64,000 nt of DNA, taken from the NCBI GenBank assembly GCA_043228905.1, contig JBHGNT010000001.1:9052001-9116000 (forward strand), read 5' to 3'. The notes beneath the pieces were generated by a model that was given only the letters and a program-made list of their open reading frames with translations, was not told where the DNA came from and made no database searches. This DNA comes from Azolla caroliniana (taxonomy: Eukaryota > Plantae > Polypodiophyta). Shown in pieces: positions 39,590 through 53,511 of the stretch (the stretch's first letter is position 1; every line of letters starts with the position of its first letter). The position numbers and the translations under genes were made by a program.

Positions 39590-41352
39590 CAGCAACCTAG
39601 TTAAAGTACAATTCAATTGTGCATTACTCAGCCAGATATTCTACAAGTTTCACATTGATGTAGCATTTTATTTCTTCTCCCTCTCAGAAGATATACATGT
39701 ACACAAAGCCTGCACCTACACAATAATTACCCTATAGAAAATACAGTGGCAATTTTTGGGATGATATCATATTGCATACCAAACAAGATGCATTCTCAGA
39801 GATTGTAACGTCCCCAGTCATCAGACCGACATCAGAAAACTCCTCCGACAATTCCCGAAATTTCTGATTGCTCAGTGCTTTTATAGGTGAGGTGTATATC
39901 ACACGCTGATTTCCTCTTAGAGACACAGCAATAGCATATTCAGCAACAACAGTCTTCCCTGCAGATGTGTGTGCTGAAACCTGGATGAAATGAACCATAA
40001 ACATTCTAATCATTCATTAATAAACTCATAAGCAGAAACATATTGATTAAATCTAAGGGTACATAACCAATATTATGGAAAGTGTTACAAAAAAATATTG
40101 TCTTATTTGAATGGCAAAGATGTTGGGATCATAATAGACTTTACATAAAATAGTTAGATCCTCAAAGTGATGCTTCCTAAAGGACTCAAAACGTGACATA
40201 GAGAAAACCATGAAAAGAAAGAGAGATCCTCCAATTACAATGCTTCTCACATAGCTTAAAAATATCAAATACCAATTTGACTAGATAGTGCTAAATAATA
40301 TATCTCAGTGAACAAATGAATGGCAATGTTGCTCAATGAAAGAAAATAAATAGAAAAATAAAAGAAAACAAGACAATGGTCTTTCATCATTTTGACTTGT
40401 GTCATTGCTAAAAAACAACCATTACGTAGATTTTGATTGCCACTAATTCCATGGGCATAATTATGTATCTTTGGCACAGATTTAGGAAGTTTAACGTTAT
40501 AAGAATTTCTAAGATTAACCACATTTATACATGTGGAAAGCATACCAATAGGTCTGTTGCATAACAGCCCATTCACCAGAAGCCTTAAGATATTTCCCAT
40601 CTTCCTACATGATTAACATTTTGGAATGCACCTATCAAGATGTCATATTGTTGAACAAGTGCAGAGAAACATAAGGAAAAGTGGTTCCCTTACCGCATAT
40701 GGTCTAAAACGTTTTGTGATATTTTAATTTAACTTTACAATTCACAACTGAAAAATTCGTCACAATCTATCCCCTTTTAACCACAGTAGAGCGGTTGATA
40801 GAAGGTGATATAAATATATATTATATTGACTGAACTTAAAATGCAAAACAACTACTTATACTGTTCAATTTTGATTTACTAGTTCAAATTAGTAAATTGA
40901 TATTAGATGAGGTATTTAGACAACTATTACACTATAATTTATACATAGCGATGCTTCAACCCATTCAGGTTTCAAAACCATTATTCCAATAACCAAATAA
41001 ATAATGAAAATGGCATCTACCCAATATATGCATTGGTCAAACCATATTTCCACCCATTGGCGTTTTAGAACCAAGGAATGATATTCCCACAGACAGACGC
41101 AAACAAACCAAATGGAAATTCTGTTAATGAAGAAAAACATCATACCAGGACAGATTCTCCGGCCTCGATACATCGGACAGCTTCTTGTTGGAAAGGATCA
41201 AGTGTGAAAGGATACTCTTTTGCAGGTTTCTTTAAGGATTTCTCTGGAGGAGGAGGAATAACTGATGGAGCTACGTAGTCAGGTGGGTACGAGACCTCGT
41301 GAAGGCAAGTATATTCCACGCTATTCTCCATGGCATCATTGCCGAGCGCCAT
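33362..41352 (-). CDS. MTR4: Ski2-like DExH-box RNA helicase, nuclear exosome cofactor MTR4
   Basis: Exons encode [111 protein letters not shown] and C-terminal [22 protein letters not shown] fits MTR4 better than HEN2. Confidence 0.95.
39481..39586 (+). repeat. Compound (CT)n(AT)n microsatellite in an MTR4 intron
   Basis: Directly visible. Confidence 0.95.
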
Positions 41353-41491
41353 GGGGAAGGGAAGGGAAGGGAAACTCTGTATTTCTACATAAACATCATC
41401 ATCATATACATATGTATGTAGAAAGGTCTCGGAGTAGCCTTCAAAGACATACTACTACTACTCTGTCTTAACACAACGCAGCTCTTTGGGT

Positions 41492-41508
41492 TGGGCCTAA
41501 AACCCTAA
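41492..41508. promoter_or_regulatory. Site II motif (TGGGCC) plus telo-box (AAACCCTAA) about 140 bp upstream of the MTR4 ATG
   Basis: Sequence ttgggcctaaaaccctaa. This pair is typical of plant ribosome-biogenesis gene promoters. Confidence 0.6.
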
Positions 41509-41537
41509 GACATCGTTTGTTTCTTGGGGTCGAGCTT

Positions 41538-41970
41538 TAACAATCGGCAACGGTTCGGTTCGGTTCGGTTTGAGAGGGTCAAAACCGAACCGTTTAAAAA
41601 AATTTGAAACCCGAACCATGAAACAGTTAAACCGAACCGTCAAAATTTTTCCAACTGTTACAACCGCGCTTTCGTGGTTCGGTTTCAGTTTTCAACTTAG
41701 GTCAATTTTTAATTTTTTAATTTTTTAAATTTAAAATACTTCATTATTTTAAATTTTCAAAGATGTTCCTTTAATGTGAGAATAAGGTCTAAAAATGAAA
41801 AGATTGTTTAAAAATAATTTTTATTTTTTAAAATAAAATAAAATAATAATAATAATAAACTGTTTAACTATTTAAAATGCGGTTTATGACTGTTGAAACC
41901 AACCAAACCGTTTTAACCGTTAAGCCATGGTTTCGCGGTTCGGTTCAAACTGAACCGTTGTCGCTTGTTA
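41538..41970. mobile_element. hAT-type MITE
   Basis: TIRs TAACAATCGGCAACGGTTC / GAACCGTTGTCGCTTGTTA, many AACCG subterminal repeats, AT-rich core, approximate 8-bp TSD gtcgagct/gttgagct. Confidence 0.85.
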
Positions 41971-42189
41971 GTTGAGCTCAGACCTCCCCTATCTATCCAT
42001 ATGGTTAATCACTCTTGTTTGTGGTGGTGTCCGTTGTACTCATTATGTGTGTTTTGACCATTGTGTTTGTCGAGTGTTGCAATAGCATATTCACTATCCC
42101 ATCATGTTTGTAGCATATGTATATGGTCAACCTACTTACTTACCTCTTCTCACAAGATACTGGTGGATTAGCACACAATTCTCGTTTTC

Positions 42190-42660
42190 ATGTTTGTTTG
42201 GAATGGGATGCGAGGGCAAGTCCCTTGCCTTGTTGAGATTGCAATGTCTGTTGTGGAAGGTCTCTAGCCCATTGTGTTTATATGGCCTATTGGATTCTTG
42301 GCACACTCTCGTCTTTGTTTGGGAGGGGAGAGCTAGTCCGTTGCCTATTCAGATTTCAATATCTATCGTGGAATGTCTCTAGCCCATTGTGTTTATATGG
42401 CCTATTGGATTCTAGGCACTCTCATGTTTGTTAAGGAGGGGAGGGCAAGTTCCTCACCTATTGAGATTACAATGTCTAATGTGGAAGGTCTCTGGCCCAT
42501 TGTGTTTATATGGCCTCTTGGATTCTAGGCACTCTCATGTTTGTTTGGGAGGGGAAGGGAGGGAAAGTCCCTTGTCTATTGAGATTGCAATGTCTATCGT
42601 GGAAGGTAACTTGGTCCATTGTGTTTATATGGCCTATTGGATTCTAGGGAGCAAGTCCCT
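42190..42660 (+). repeat. Four-copy ~115-bp tandem repeat
   Basis: Unit core gattgcaatgtct..gtggaaggtctctagcccattgtgtttatatggcctattggattctaggcactctc recurs at ~42237, 42352, 42466 and 42583. Confidence 0.9.
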
Positions 42661-45299
42661 AGACCCATGTGGCTATGGTGTTCAATGTTGTCGTTGTCTA
42701 ACATTGTAATTCTGACTAGAGCTTATCATGTAACCAATTGAAAGCCTAACTCTTTCTTTCCTTTTATTTACACTGACTTATATGCCTTTACGAGTTACAT
42801 TAAGGCCACATATAGACCTAATTGGCACATGAACAAGTTTTGGACATGCAAGATATGTAGAGTTAACGTTCTAGGCATGATTTTGGGTTTTAGAATAACT
42901 TAAGTTAGCCATTTTTTTGGAACGCTTCTTCTTCCTTTCACATAACTCATTCAATTGAATAATCTACTCTCATTTGATGGTGGTGGATGTAGATTTTATA
43001 TTCAAGTGTGCTGTTCACTTTTTGGGTTCGTATCAATTGCTTGTGTCCACAATCCATGATGCGTAGATATCTCTTAGGTTGAGGTTCTTGATTCAGAGAC
43101 TGATTTTACTTATTAATTTCAAATTTATCATACCAATTACGTTATTACAATTAGAATTTCTTATCAAATATCATATTGCAATAAGCTCTCAAATACTGGC
43201 TCCTTAGATCACAAAATTCATATTCACTATGTTTGCAAATGTCTTAACTCACTTCACAATTTTGACTGAAATCCTACGATTCATGCAACAAATGGATATT
43301 GGTTTACGTGTTTGTCTCGGGGAGGTGTCTCTATACCCAATGATCACAAGGTTTACCTTCGATTAGCTTGAGAATGTTGTTTAGGGATCACTATGTGGAC
43401 ATACCTAAAAGATTTAGTAATTCAATCTAGGAAATTGAGCTTGGAATGATGTTGCATGTGCATTTTCATCATCAAAATTATAATACACATACATATTCAT
43501 TCACGTATGATTGCGACTTAATCAAAATTGTGTACAAGGTTATGTTTAACTCATTTGTAGCGCTCACAAATGAGTCTCTATTGAAGAGGGGATGGGAGAT
43601 CCTGAACACTAGTTTGCATGTCAATTTATTGTTAGTGACAATCCAACATTACACAAATAGCTTATAGACATAACACAACATAAAAGAAATTTATGATGAG
43701 TTCTATACAATGACATTTGTGACTTAAGAACTCGAACGTAGAAATTTGTACATGAGAAAGTAGGCTAGATACACGAAACCAAGAAGATATTCATAGGTAG
43801 AGGTGATTCAAGTGTGATGTGTCATTGACACACATCATGATGTAACATTTTTTCCTTAAGCAGATTTCATAAAAATAAGGTGTGATCTTTGACGTCGCAA
43901 AGCATAGATATGTAAGCATGACTTTTGGGTTAGCATGGCAAACATGTGACATAAATGCATATCCGAAATGTTGTGACATCTTTGCCAATGTAGATATCTT
44001 GACAAAGATTATGGGTGATAACCCCAACCTCAACATGATAGAATGGTGTTTGTTTGCGTTTAACGCTACAATTCTTTTGAACATAATTAATGCAAATATT
44101 AATTTCTTTCCCAATATTTTCAAATGAATAAGTCTATTATCTCTCAAAAAATATTCAACCATGCCATTGTCTATTACTTCTTCAATAGCATGGAAAAATC
44201 AAACAACGATGACTTTTTTCACAATAAAGCATGAATATAGCATAAATTTCAACATTTTGTATATAAGGAAGTAACAAGGCCATGCACACGTTGCCTTAAA
44301 AACATCATCATCAAATTCAATAATTAGCACAAATCCATTAGCTTTAATAGTACGAAAATTCTAAAATTTGGAAAATGAAAATAATATGGCCTCATCATCA
44401 TTGTAAGTTTGTACCATGCAACCTAAGGCTGCAATTCTCATCTCAATGAGTAATTGCTTTGATATTATGATTCGTAATAAAGATTTGATCATGTGGAAAC
44501 TAGCAATTCATCTTTAAAAAATGGCATTACTAATCATTTTCCACCACACAACGGTACAAAACAACTTTGAGGTCATGCTTCCAAGACCCAAACATTTAAT
44601 GTGAATTTTTGCACAACAAAATGTTGAACTACGCTCTCTGTTGGTAAGAGTTCAAACATTCTAACCGCCTCATCTATGCATCTTTACTAATTACACATGC
44701 ATCTACTTCTCTAGGAATTCATCATGTAGAACATTGAGCATTTCCAGATTCCAACAAATGCCTTCAAAGTTATGTCCAATACTTTACAAATATGGATTGG
44801 TTAATAATGATTTTGCCTCTTCCAAAACAAACTCTAGAACAAATAGGTCACAACAATGGTGTGCTTGGAGATAGCAATTAGGTCTCCATAAAAAAATTAA
44901 CGTTCAGTATTGAGCTCTGAAGATTTTACACCAGATGATATGTGACATGTGTTTCAAGCAAAGCTCATTAATTGCAATCTTTCCTATGTTACAAAAGTTT
45001 ATTTTTCTTTTGTTCAGAAAGATAGAATCAAATTCCAATTTGTCTTTTTCTTCTGCTCCAAATTTTCAATATCTGTTATCTTTTATTCCCAATATTCCAA
45101 ATAGATATTTTTTCTCTTGCTCCGAAGATTAAATCAAATTTCTTGTGCTCACAAAATTTGACACTGGAAAATAAGTTTTCACAACAGTTTTCAAACGTCC
45201 ACTCAATACTTCTTTCAAACTCATCTTCATTTAACTATAACCGCCGACATATATAGGTGATAAATGTTCATTTTGCCACTGCAAGGTTACATCCACTCT

Positions 45300-48240
45300 C
45301 TAACATACTTTACAACTTTCTCTACAAGACCCTGGATTCTCGGCATTTCCGACCATATAGACTGGATTCTTTTGGCACTCACCCATTGCTGCCCATTGCG
45401 CACAATTGTCATTCTCATCCATACACCCCGCTGTTTTCTTTGGTTTATCAAAAGAGTCCACATGTATCCACTTTGTTGCTGACCATTTCTCTCCTTCAAT
45501 TACAGGGCAACTTCCATGTAGACTCATTGGGTCTGGTATAGCTCCGGTTGTTAGACTGAAGAATAGAAGTGCATCGCCCCGGGTTGGTTTCACTGTTTGT
45601 TATTTTACTGAAATGATTATCAATCTTTGTTGCATTCATATAAAAAATTGGTTATCAAATTATCTTGCATCCATATCAAAATTCATATGTATATAGCGGG
45701 TTAGATAGCATACACTTTACCTGAAAGTCCCTTTTTTGCACACTCAGACCATGTGTCATCCTTTTCTCGAAGATCCTAGACATTAGAGAAGAAGAGTTGG
45801 GTCTCATTTCATTCATTGGAAAATAATACAGATGAGATGCCATAGTCAAGTTAATGATGCACAATACCAATTAAGTACATACATGCTGTATAATTCTTCC
45901 GAACACATACACGTCGTATCATGGTTCCAAGTAGTATCATACTTTCAATTACATACATAAAATATCATACCTTTGATACTATCAAAGATGTCGTCAAATA
46001 TTCAACTGTACCTACAATGGTTCTACTATTATATTTTACTCCAAAAACAACTTACCGGTGCATTGGGAAAGACAGTTTCTCCGCCTTTGGTCACATTGGA
46101 AAGGTACATTAAGACTGTTGCAATTCGGTGTCCTCCTAGCGCTATATTGTTTTTATCATGGAAATAATCATAATGGGGTTCGTATTTCTCCCCATTCTCA
46201 TATCGTAATACCTGTATTGCTTCACCATTTTCTGCATGTACTCATTCATTGCTCACATTCAATGATGATGATAAATATATGGCATAAACTTTATCAACTT
46301 TTTAGAAAACTAAGTGATTTAAATGAAGAAGATTTCAATGCAACCAGGACCTTCAGGGAGAAATGTCCAAGCTGAAATCCTCTTCTCAATACGCTTCACA
46401 ATCTCATCCTGCAATAATATAAAGTAAGTTTCACAAATAACAAAACAGAACTTTGAATAAAAGAATACAACGCAATAACCACATTTACTTTTAACTACTA
46501 GCATAAACCTCTTTGAATGAATTCATGATTCAAACTATTGACTCAAGGGATTAAGGGTTTTCAACACATTGTTCAGAAAATACTACGAGGTTTACCTGGC
46601 CCTTAGAAATGAACATTCCAGAGCTTGTCCGAATCTGGCTTAAAACACTCTTTCCAGATTCATTGTCTGCTACCATGGATTTCTCAAGTTTGTTCTTCGC
46701 CTGAAGCACAAAAATGAAATATGAATGCCACATAAAAACAAGAAGAATATACAAAATATCACTTTAACCTTAACTCTCAAGTAATATGTGGATTTCACAT
46801 AAAAAAAAGGAGGTATGCCATTCGTTTTTAATCATAATTAGCATATATCATGTGAATTTTACATACAAAATAACGTATAACATGTCTCTTGAATCTTAAT
46901 CATAAAAATTACATGCATATATAGACAAACATATATGAGTACAGCATACCAGTTCTATCATATGATCACATTCTTTATTTGATAAGAATCCTTTGTACAA
47001 GAAAGCCCTGTACAAGATAGACAATAGTATGAGAAACAAAACATAAGTTCGGAAGTCAAAACAAAGATGGTAATCATGATAACACTGAATTATGGAGAAG
47101 ATTGTCACCACTCAGATCGTTCTTGTAAAATTCTACAACTTTAAAACCTTTTTTACAACTAATGTTTCGAAGTCATTTTTAAAAACTTATAGGTCTAAAT
47201 TAATTACCTTGGCTTCCATGAAAGCTGGATCACCCTTGTTGGATCAATCACTTGTAAAATTTCTGCATGTTTTTCCACCTTCGCCTTCATGGTGCTAGAA
47301 CTTTCAAAACATTAAGAATGAGAGCCATTTCATTCATTTCACACTTGTGGCCATACTATGTTAAGAAGTCATCAAAATTTTCTTCATAAAATCAAAATAT
47401 TTATATTAAAATGATCTCGACACTTCCATATTCCATTGAAACATCATCTTGTCATGGATATATGGAAAAGACCCACAACAAGTAAAGGCATCTAGCTTCT
47501 CTTACTCAAGCATGAGCCAGATGGCATCCATCATCACCTCTCTATATCTACAAGACATCCCCTCAGTTTATAATTCCACAATTGCAGATTGCTCTATCGC
47601 TAGACATCTGGATGGTGAGGCACACACCAACTTTGAGCTTCAAAGACTTTACTTTCAGTAATTCTCTTTGGCAAGTTTTGCCATCGAATTCTACATGGTT
47701 ATAGAAACTCTTTTGAGCCATATTCAAATTTCACAAGCAGCCTGAATAATCTGTATATATTATGCATATGTGTATAGACATTGATCTGTCTATACAACTA
47801 TCTGTACATACACCAGTATATATTTTTGCACATATATAAATACATACACACATGTGTCATAGATTAATCCGTTTAAACATCCAACAAAAAACATAACCCA
47901 CCATTAAACTAACTGATTGAAGATCATTGGTTTCAGAGCAAGGAAAAGGCAAACAGAGAAGGGTCTGTCTGTCTGTATACATGTAGGTGTGTATCTATTT
48001 ATGTATTCATATGCATGTGTATATGTGCATCGATGCATATATAAATCAATCGATCATATATTCCAAGAGGAATTAAAAGAATCAACTGAAGACCCATCTT
48101 ACTTCATATCAACGAAAAAGACAAACAGAGAAGATCAATACTCACATTTCACCCATCCACCCAGGCAAGTCATCAACATCTGCATGGATTGAGATTGCTA
48201 AGGTGAAGAAAACCAGCAGAAAGAATCCCATAAACTTCAT
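45300..48240 (-). CDS. P4H: Prolyl 4-hydroxylase with C-terminal ShKT domain
   Basis: Signal peptide MKFMGFFLLVFFTLAISIHA; DPTRVIQLSWKPRAFLYKGFLS, KSMVADNESGKS, RTSSGMF, AWTFLPEENGEAIQVLRY, YEPHYDYF, GGHRIATVLMYLS, KPTRGDALLFFSL, SLHGSCPVIEGEKWSATKWIH, then CMDENDNCAQWAAMGECQKNP...CRESCKVC. Confidence 0.95.
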
Positions 48241-48799
48241 ATTTTTCCTGAGATTGAGGGGGCCTGAGAGAACAGAATAAGACGATTGTTTCTGCGTACA
48301 CAGCTCAAAAATCTAAAGCGGGAGAGAGAGAGAGAGAGAGAGAATCGGTTTCGATCCAGAGATCGAGAGATCTTGGAAACAGAGCAAAAAAAGCTCTTCT
48401 TTTGGTTATGGAGAGTATCTTTGTTAAGTAGATTTGGCTATACACTCACCCAATCCCCCCCAATTGATCATATTTTGACCATTACACACCATAACCAAAT
48501 CTCAGGGAAAACTTTGATACAATGCCTGAGTATTGTCAATCCTTGTCCGCTCCGATCCACACACATCCCTCTCACAATCCTCATGTGTACTCTCGATTGC
48601 AACACTTATCAATATCATTCCTAGGCATCGAGACTCGCTACTCAATTCCTCGTCTATTATGCGAAAACAATTCACTTTCCGACCCATTTGGTCATATTTT
48701 ACCTCTTAGGATGATAATCAACTCTCTCGCTCTCTCTCATTGTAATTAGCTTACCCTTGTAGTAAGTTGTTTGACTACTAGCCCTAGGCCTGACCATAT

Positions 48800-49450
48800 G
48801 ATTGCCAAGAATAAGCATCTCAATGTTTGTCTAACCATGCCTCGCATATAAGGGCAAACTTATTTGAGCATTGGGCTTCCCTCATAACCATAATATCCTT
48901 TGAATGTTGGTTGAAAGTCGATCGTGTAAGTTACCACATCTTTGAATCCAAATGCAAATTTCTATATCCTACATATAATATGGGAGTAAGTGTATCTGTT
49001 TCTCGATGGAACAAGTTACATAGAAAAGGTACAACCAATGTTTCTACAACTCCATCTTGGGATCACACCAACCACATCATCCTTTGTAATGCTCCATGCA
49101 TTAAGAGTGAGATCCATGCAATCGAAGAGTTTGATGAGAGTCCATGTGGATGCACATCACCTACCGATCCAATCATAACATGCTAGCAACAAAAAGAGAA
49201 GACAAATACAATTTATTTGCTTGCAACCACATTGGTCGACTCTATTGCCATGCAAGTCCTTGTTGCCCAACCTACACCACCCTCATTGTCAATCACACTC
49301 TCCATGTGATGAAGAGCATCAATGACACAACAATCTCCCAGGTTTGTTCAAGACTATGCTTGTATCCCACAAGTGTATCATGGTGTTGGTTGTCTAACAC
49401 ATGCTAACATTACAATACTTAATATAAATGTATGACTAGTTGCCTATAGC
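48800..49450 (-). mobile_element. Degenerate hAT (DUF659-like) transposase relic
   Basis: Minus-strand GVGWATRTCMAIESTNVVASK resembles the VG..V.QVC.DNA.N.V.AG block. Many stops. Confidence 0.3.
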
Positions 49451-50610
49451 TTATACAAAGGGCCCGAGGATCAAATTGTAATACCATGATCAATATTAAG
49501 GTATCATGTTGTTAGTGCGTAAAGTATTTGTAAGTAGACCTACTTCATGCGACAGATCAAACTTTAACAACTGCATGAGAACAATGTTGTCGTTATGATC
49601 TTCCCTCCCCCAAATCTCTCTAAAAGTGGGCAAGAACAAAAAGGAGAGGTCTCTTTCTCTCCTTTGGTTCTACAATCACATTTTCAAGATTAGCTAACAA
49701 AAACGATATTCTTTTGAGCATAATTAGTTTATCTACCACTAGAAGTGAGGTTGGCTCATATTGAATCACCATGAGTAGAGTTGTGCTCCTAATGACCATT
49801 GATACCTCTAGAAATCATTGCACTAGTGTCATACTTATAAGTAATAAACTACATTTGTCCCCTTTGTTATGTGCCCATTGTATCTCATTTGAAGTGTTAA
49901 AATCTATGTATAATTGCTTTTCATTATAGATCGTATACATATAACTAGTTTTCATCCTTAATGTAGTTCAACTAACGCATGTTCTAGCCACAAATTGTCA
50001 ACCATATATTGTTAATCAACAACATTGACTAGCCACAATCACCATAAGCAAGGCTCAAGCAGTCGTAGGATTTGCATAACCTCTAGTTGTTCAACAACAA
50101 ATACTCATGACCATGAAATAATCCATCATCACCATTATTCTCGTTATGTTCTTCTATAAATATTCATCCTTCGTCCCTTGTTTGCAATCTATTGGCTAGA
50201 CTATTGGCAAATACCATTGGCGTAGTTATCTTTTGGTTTTTCTTGGTCATTGATTATAGTTCTCTTCATCTTGATGATCAATTTCAATAATGGCTTGATT
50301 TCTAGATTGCCTTCAAGCTTAGCCATTGATCGCTCGACCTACTTATTGCCTTACTTTCAATGATTGGCTATGAGCTGTAATTTGGCACTCTTCCTGGTTA
50401 TTGGTCGACTTTGTTAGTTTCACTTAGTGCTCACCAATGAAGTTAGCACTTAGTTCAGTGCTTGACCATTACTTGACTCACATCCCACATCTTTGTTCTA
50501 TACTCTTTTATGGGGTGGTTTTTTCTTGGCTTGTCGTTCACCACCTTAATGATCTTGTCCTTGATTCACAATAGTCTCTTCATTGGCAACAAGGATGTCC
50601 CAATTGTATC

Positions 50611-51154
50611 CAGCAATGGGCACGGTTCAGTTTCAAGGCAAAGAAACCAAACCAAACTGTTTATGAACTCTCAGTATTTAAACCAAACCATTTAAGAAAA
50701 AGTTAAAACCAAACCATTTAAAACCAAATTGTTTAGGGAAAAGTTGAAACCAAACCGAACCATTTAATAAAATTTTTAAACCTAACCACTTAAGTCAAAC
50801 TAAAGAAACAAAAATACATTAAATTAAATAAGCATTTAAGTTAAATTTATTAAATTAATAAAAGGAACTTTAATTGAACCATTAAATTAAATAAACATTT
50901 AAGTTAAATTAATTAAATCAATAAAAAACCATTACATCAATAAACTATTAAGGTAAAAAAAAAAAGTTAACAAAAAACCTATAAACCTTTAAACCAAACC
51001 TATAAACCTATAAACCCGAGTTTTAGAACTGAACCGTTTATTGAAAATCCAAACCAAACAAAACCAAACCATTAAAATTTTTTGGAACCAATAAACCGCT
51101 AAACCACGGCTTAACAGTTTGGTTCGGTTTGAGCCGAAATTGTGCCCATTGCTA
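50611..51154. mobile_element. hAT-type MITE with perfect 8-bp TSD
   Basis: TIRs CAGCAATGGGCAC / GTGCCCATTGCTA; TSD ATTGTATC at 50603-50610 and 51155-51162; AAACC/AACCG subterminal repeats. Confidence 0.93.
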
Positions 51155-52503
51155 ATTGTATCATCAACTTCAATTGTTATGACACTCTTCAATATTTATG
51201 CTTAGGGCAGTAAAAAGAGGATTGTTACCACTGTAACAACACAAAAGTAAAAAAATTATCAACTACATCAAGCACATCTGGAAAGATTAAAAAAATGGTT
51301 CAATAGAGAAAGAGAAAGTATTAAGCTTTAACCCTAGGGAATATAGGAAGGAAAAACCCTTGCAAAAGATTTTCTAGTTTCATTTTTATAGTTATTGCTG
51401 ATTTAACATATGATAATTATATCCCTTTCACACTTGGGAGGTATAAAGGTTTATAGATATTGGCGTTATACCATGTGACATTGTTAAGACTACCTCTCTC
51501 TCTATTGTCCTACATCTACTAGGGGTTCTCATTGAATCAAAGCTGAGATGTCGGAAAAATACTTATCAAGATCCTCAAGACAAATTTGCATAACACTTGT
51601 GATCGTGCCATTTTTTAAATGAGCGAGAGGTCGATGATAGACAATATATACTACTTCAACTATTCAAGATCATTTATTAAACACAAACCTCCAGGGATAT
51701 GGCCTAGGAAAACACGCTATATACTCATGTGCACAAGTTGGAAGGAGAAGCCACATTCCTACATTAAATTATCCTGGTTTTTGACATGATACCTTTGTGC
51801 CAAATTCCACATAAGTATGCGATCTCCTCCTTATGAATGCAACTAAGAATGCCTCTTCAATGTTGGTTGAGCGCAAGACTCATTAATAGATAAACATTTG
51901 ATCACATGACTCCTTGAGTTTTTCTTCCACTTGTCATTACCAAACACGATGTACCCAAGAGTATACACATAGGTTTGGGGGATGCTAGGTACATTTCATG
52001 TGCTTCAAGAGCTCACATTCCTCAACAACAATGATATTGGCATTGGTATCAATGATACAAGTTTGTGTGCAATGCAAGAGGGCATAAGAGGAAAAACTAG
52101 AATCTAAACCTTGTGACCACACTAGTGCGAAAAGGGCCAAAACATTGCAAAATACTATAAAGGTAAATTTTGTACCCTTTTAGTCATCCTTATCATCTTT
52201 AAGAGCTAGTCTAGAGCTTCCTCGCCATTCTCATTTTTCATGAGATTATTATTAAGAGCTTTGTTCTAAGAATTACAGATCATTATTCTTGTGTATGATT
52301 GTGATTCCTAACTATTCGAAGAACTTCATGTTGTGTATGTGTGTTTTTGCATATTGTTTAACCCATTAAGTAAAACAATAAAGCCACATTGTGGCATTAA
52401 CTAATTTCAAGGATAAGATACCAATTTAAGATAGGAAAGGTAGAGCTTGTTTCAGCCTAATACATTTTTTTTAATGAAAAAATATCCTCCATTGGTATTA
52501 AAA

Positions 52504-52909
52504 CTAAAGTGGCAAGACGCAATATTCTTCAGCTGTTTGCAAATAACCATACTTCACATACATATAAATCAACGTGTTTCTTATTAAAATCTCATATCTA
52601 CCCGTTTTCTTCACAATTTCAACATAAATGCACTGGCCCTCATCTAGTCTGCTTAAGTTAGCACTAGCTTTTAGGCAGTGTGAATACGTTAGAGCATCTG
52701 GAAGGATTCCTTTGTCTTGCATATGTTCAAAGACAATACAACATCTCCATGGCATATACATGGTCTATATAGCCTCTTATGATTGCATTCCAACAGACTA
52801 TAGATCGTGCTAAAACATGGTCAAAAACTACTTGAGCAGTATCAAGTAATCCAAAATTTGCATACATATCAATTAGCATTGTTGTTAGTGTATTGAGAGA
52901 GTTTATCAA
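52504..52909 (-). pseudogene. Frameshifted PLS-class PPR gene fragment
   Basis: LIDMYANFGLLDTAQVVFD...SIVCWNAIIRGY continues in another frame as FEHMQDKGILPDALTYSHCLKA...NTLIYMYVKYGYLQTA. Confidence 0.85.
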
Positions 52910-53511
52910 CTGCGCTTACCCTTTCAACTAGGAAAAGAGTAAACAATGATCTAATCCCACAACTTGACCTTGGTAAGGAGATTGAACTCCCCTTAAGATA
53001 AAGACGTGTAGTTGGTGCGATGCGCCTAGATGCAACGCACTTTTGAAGTCGTTATTGGAAATGGAGGATGAATTGTATCAATCCTTCATTGCTTTTTGAG
53101 CATAGTGAATACAACCTCCATTGGGTTTCTTTAGGTCAAACATAACACTCGAACATGTGTGAGAAATCCTTTTGCTCCGTGTGTCAAAGTTTTGGGAATC
53201 AAGGAGGATAGTGTCCATACAATCTCATGGCTTGTTTGTCAAGAGAGAGGTTGAATTTTGCAAGAAGGGAGGCATCAATGTCCTTTTTTTCTACGATAGT
53301 GGGAGTCATGGTTAGCCTTCCAGGAAGGGATTCAAGTGTGCTTCAACACCCATCCTCAACCTAGAGTATGATCAAGATTCGCGAAGCCTAAGGAAAATTG
53401 ATGATGGAAGTTGTTAGAACTTGTTGCACTCCTTGGCTTAGTGTGGCACATCAAAGAGCGTGTGTGACATCAAGGGAGTTCATTCAAGTAGTGTTAGAAC
53501 TTAGCTACTAA

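Noticed and set aside
43400-44850. Possible hAT transposase relic (ORF 43791-44162)
   Set aside because: Similarity is too weak to call without a profile search.
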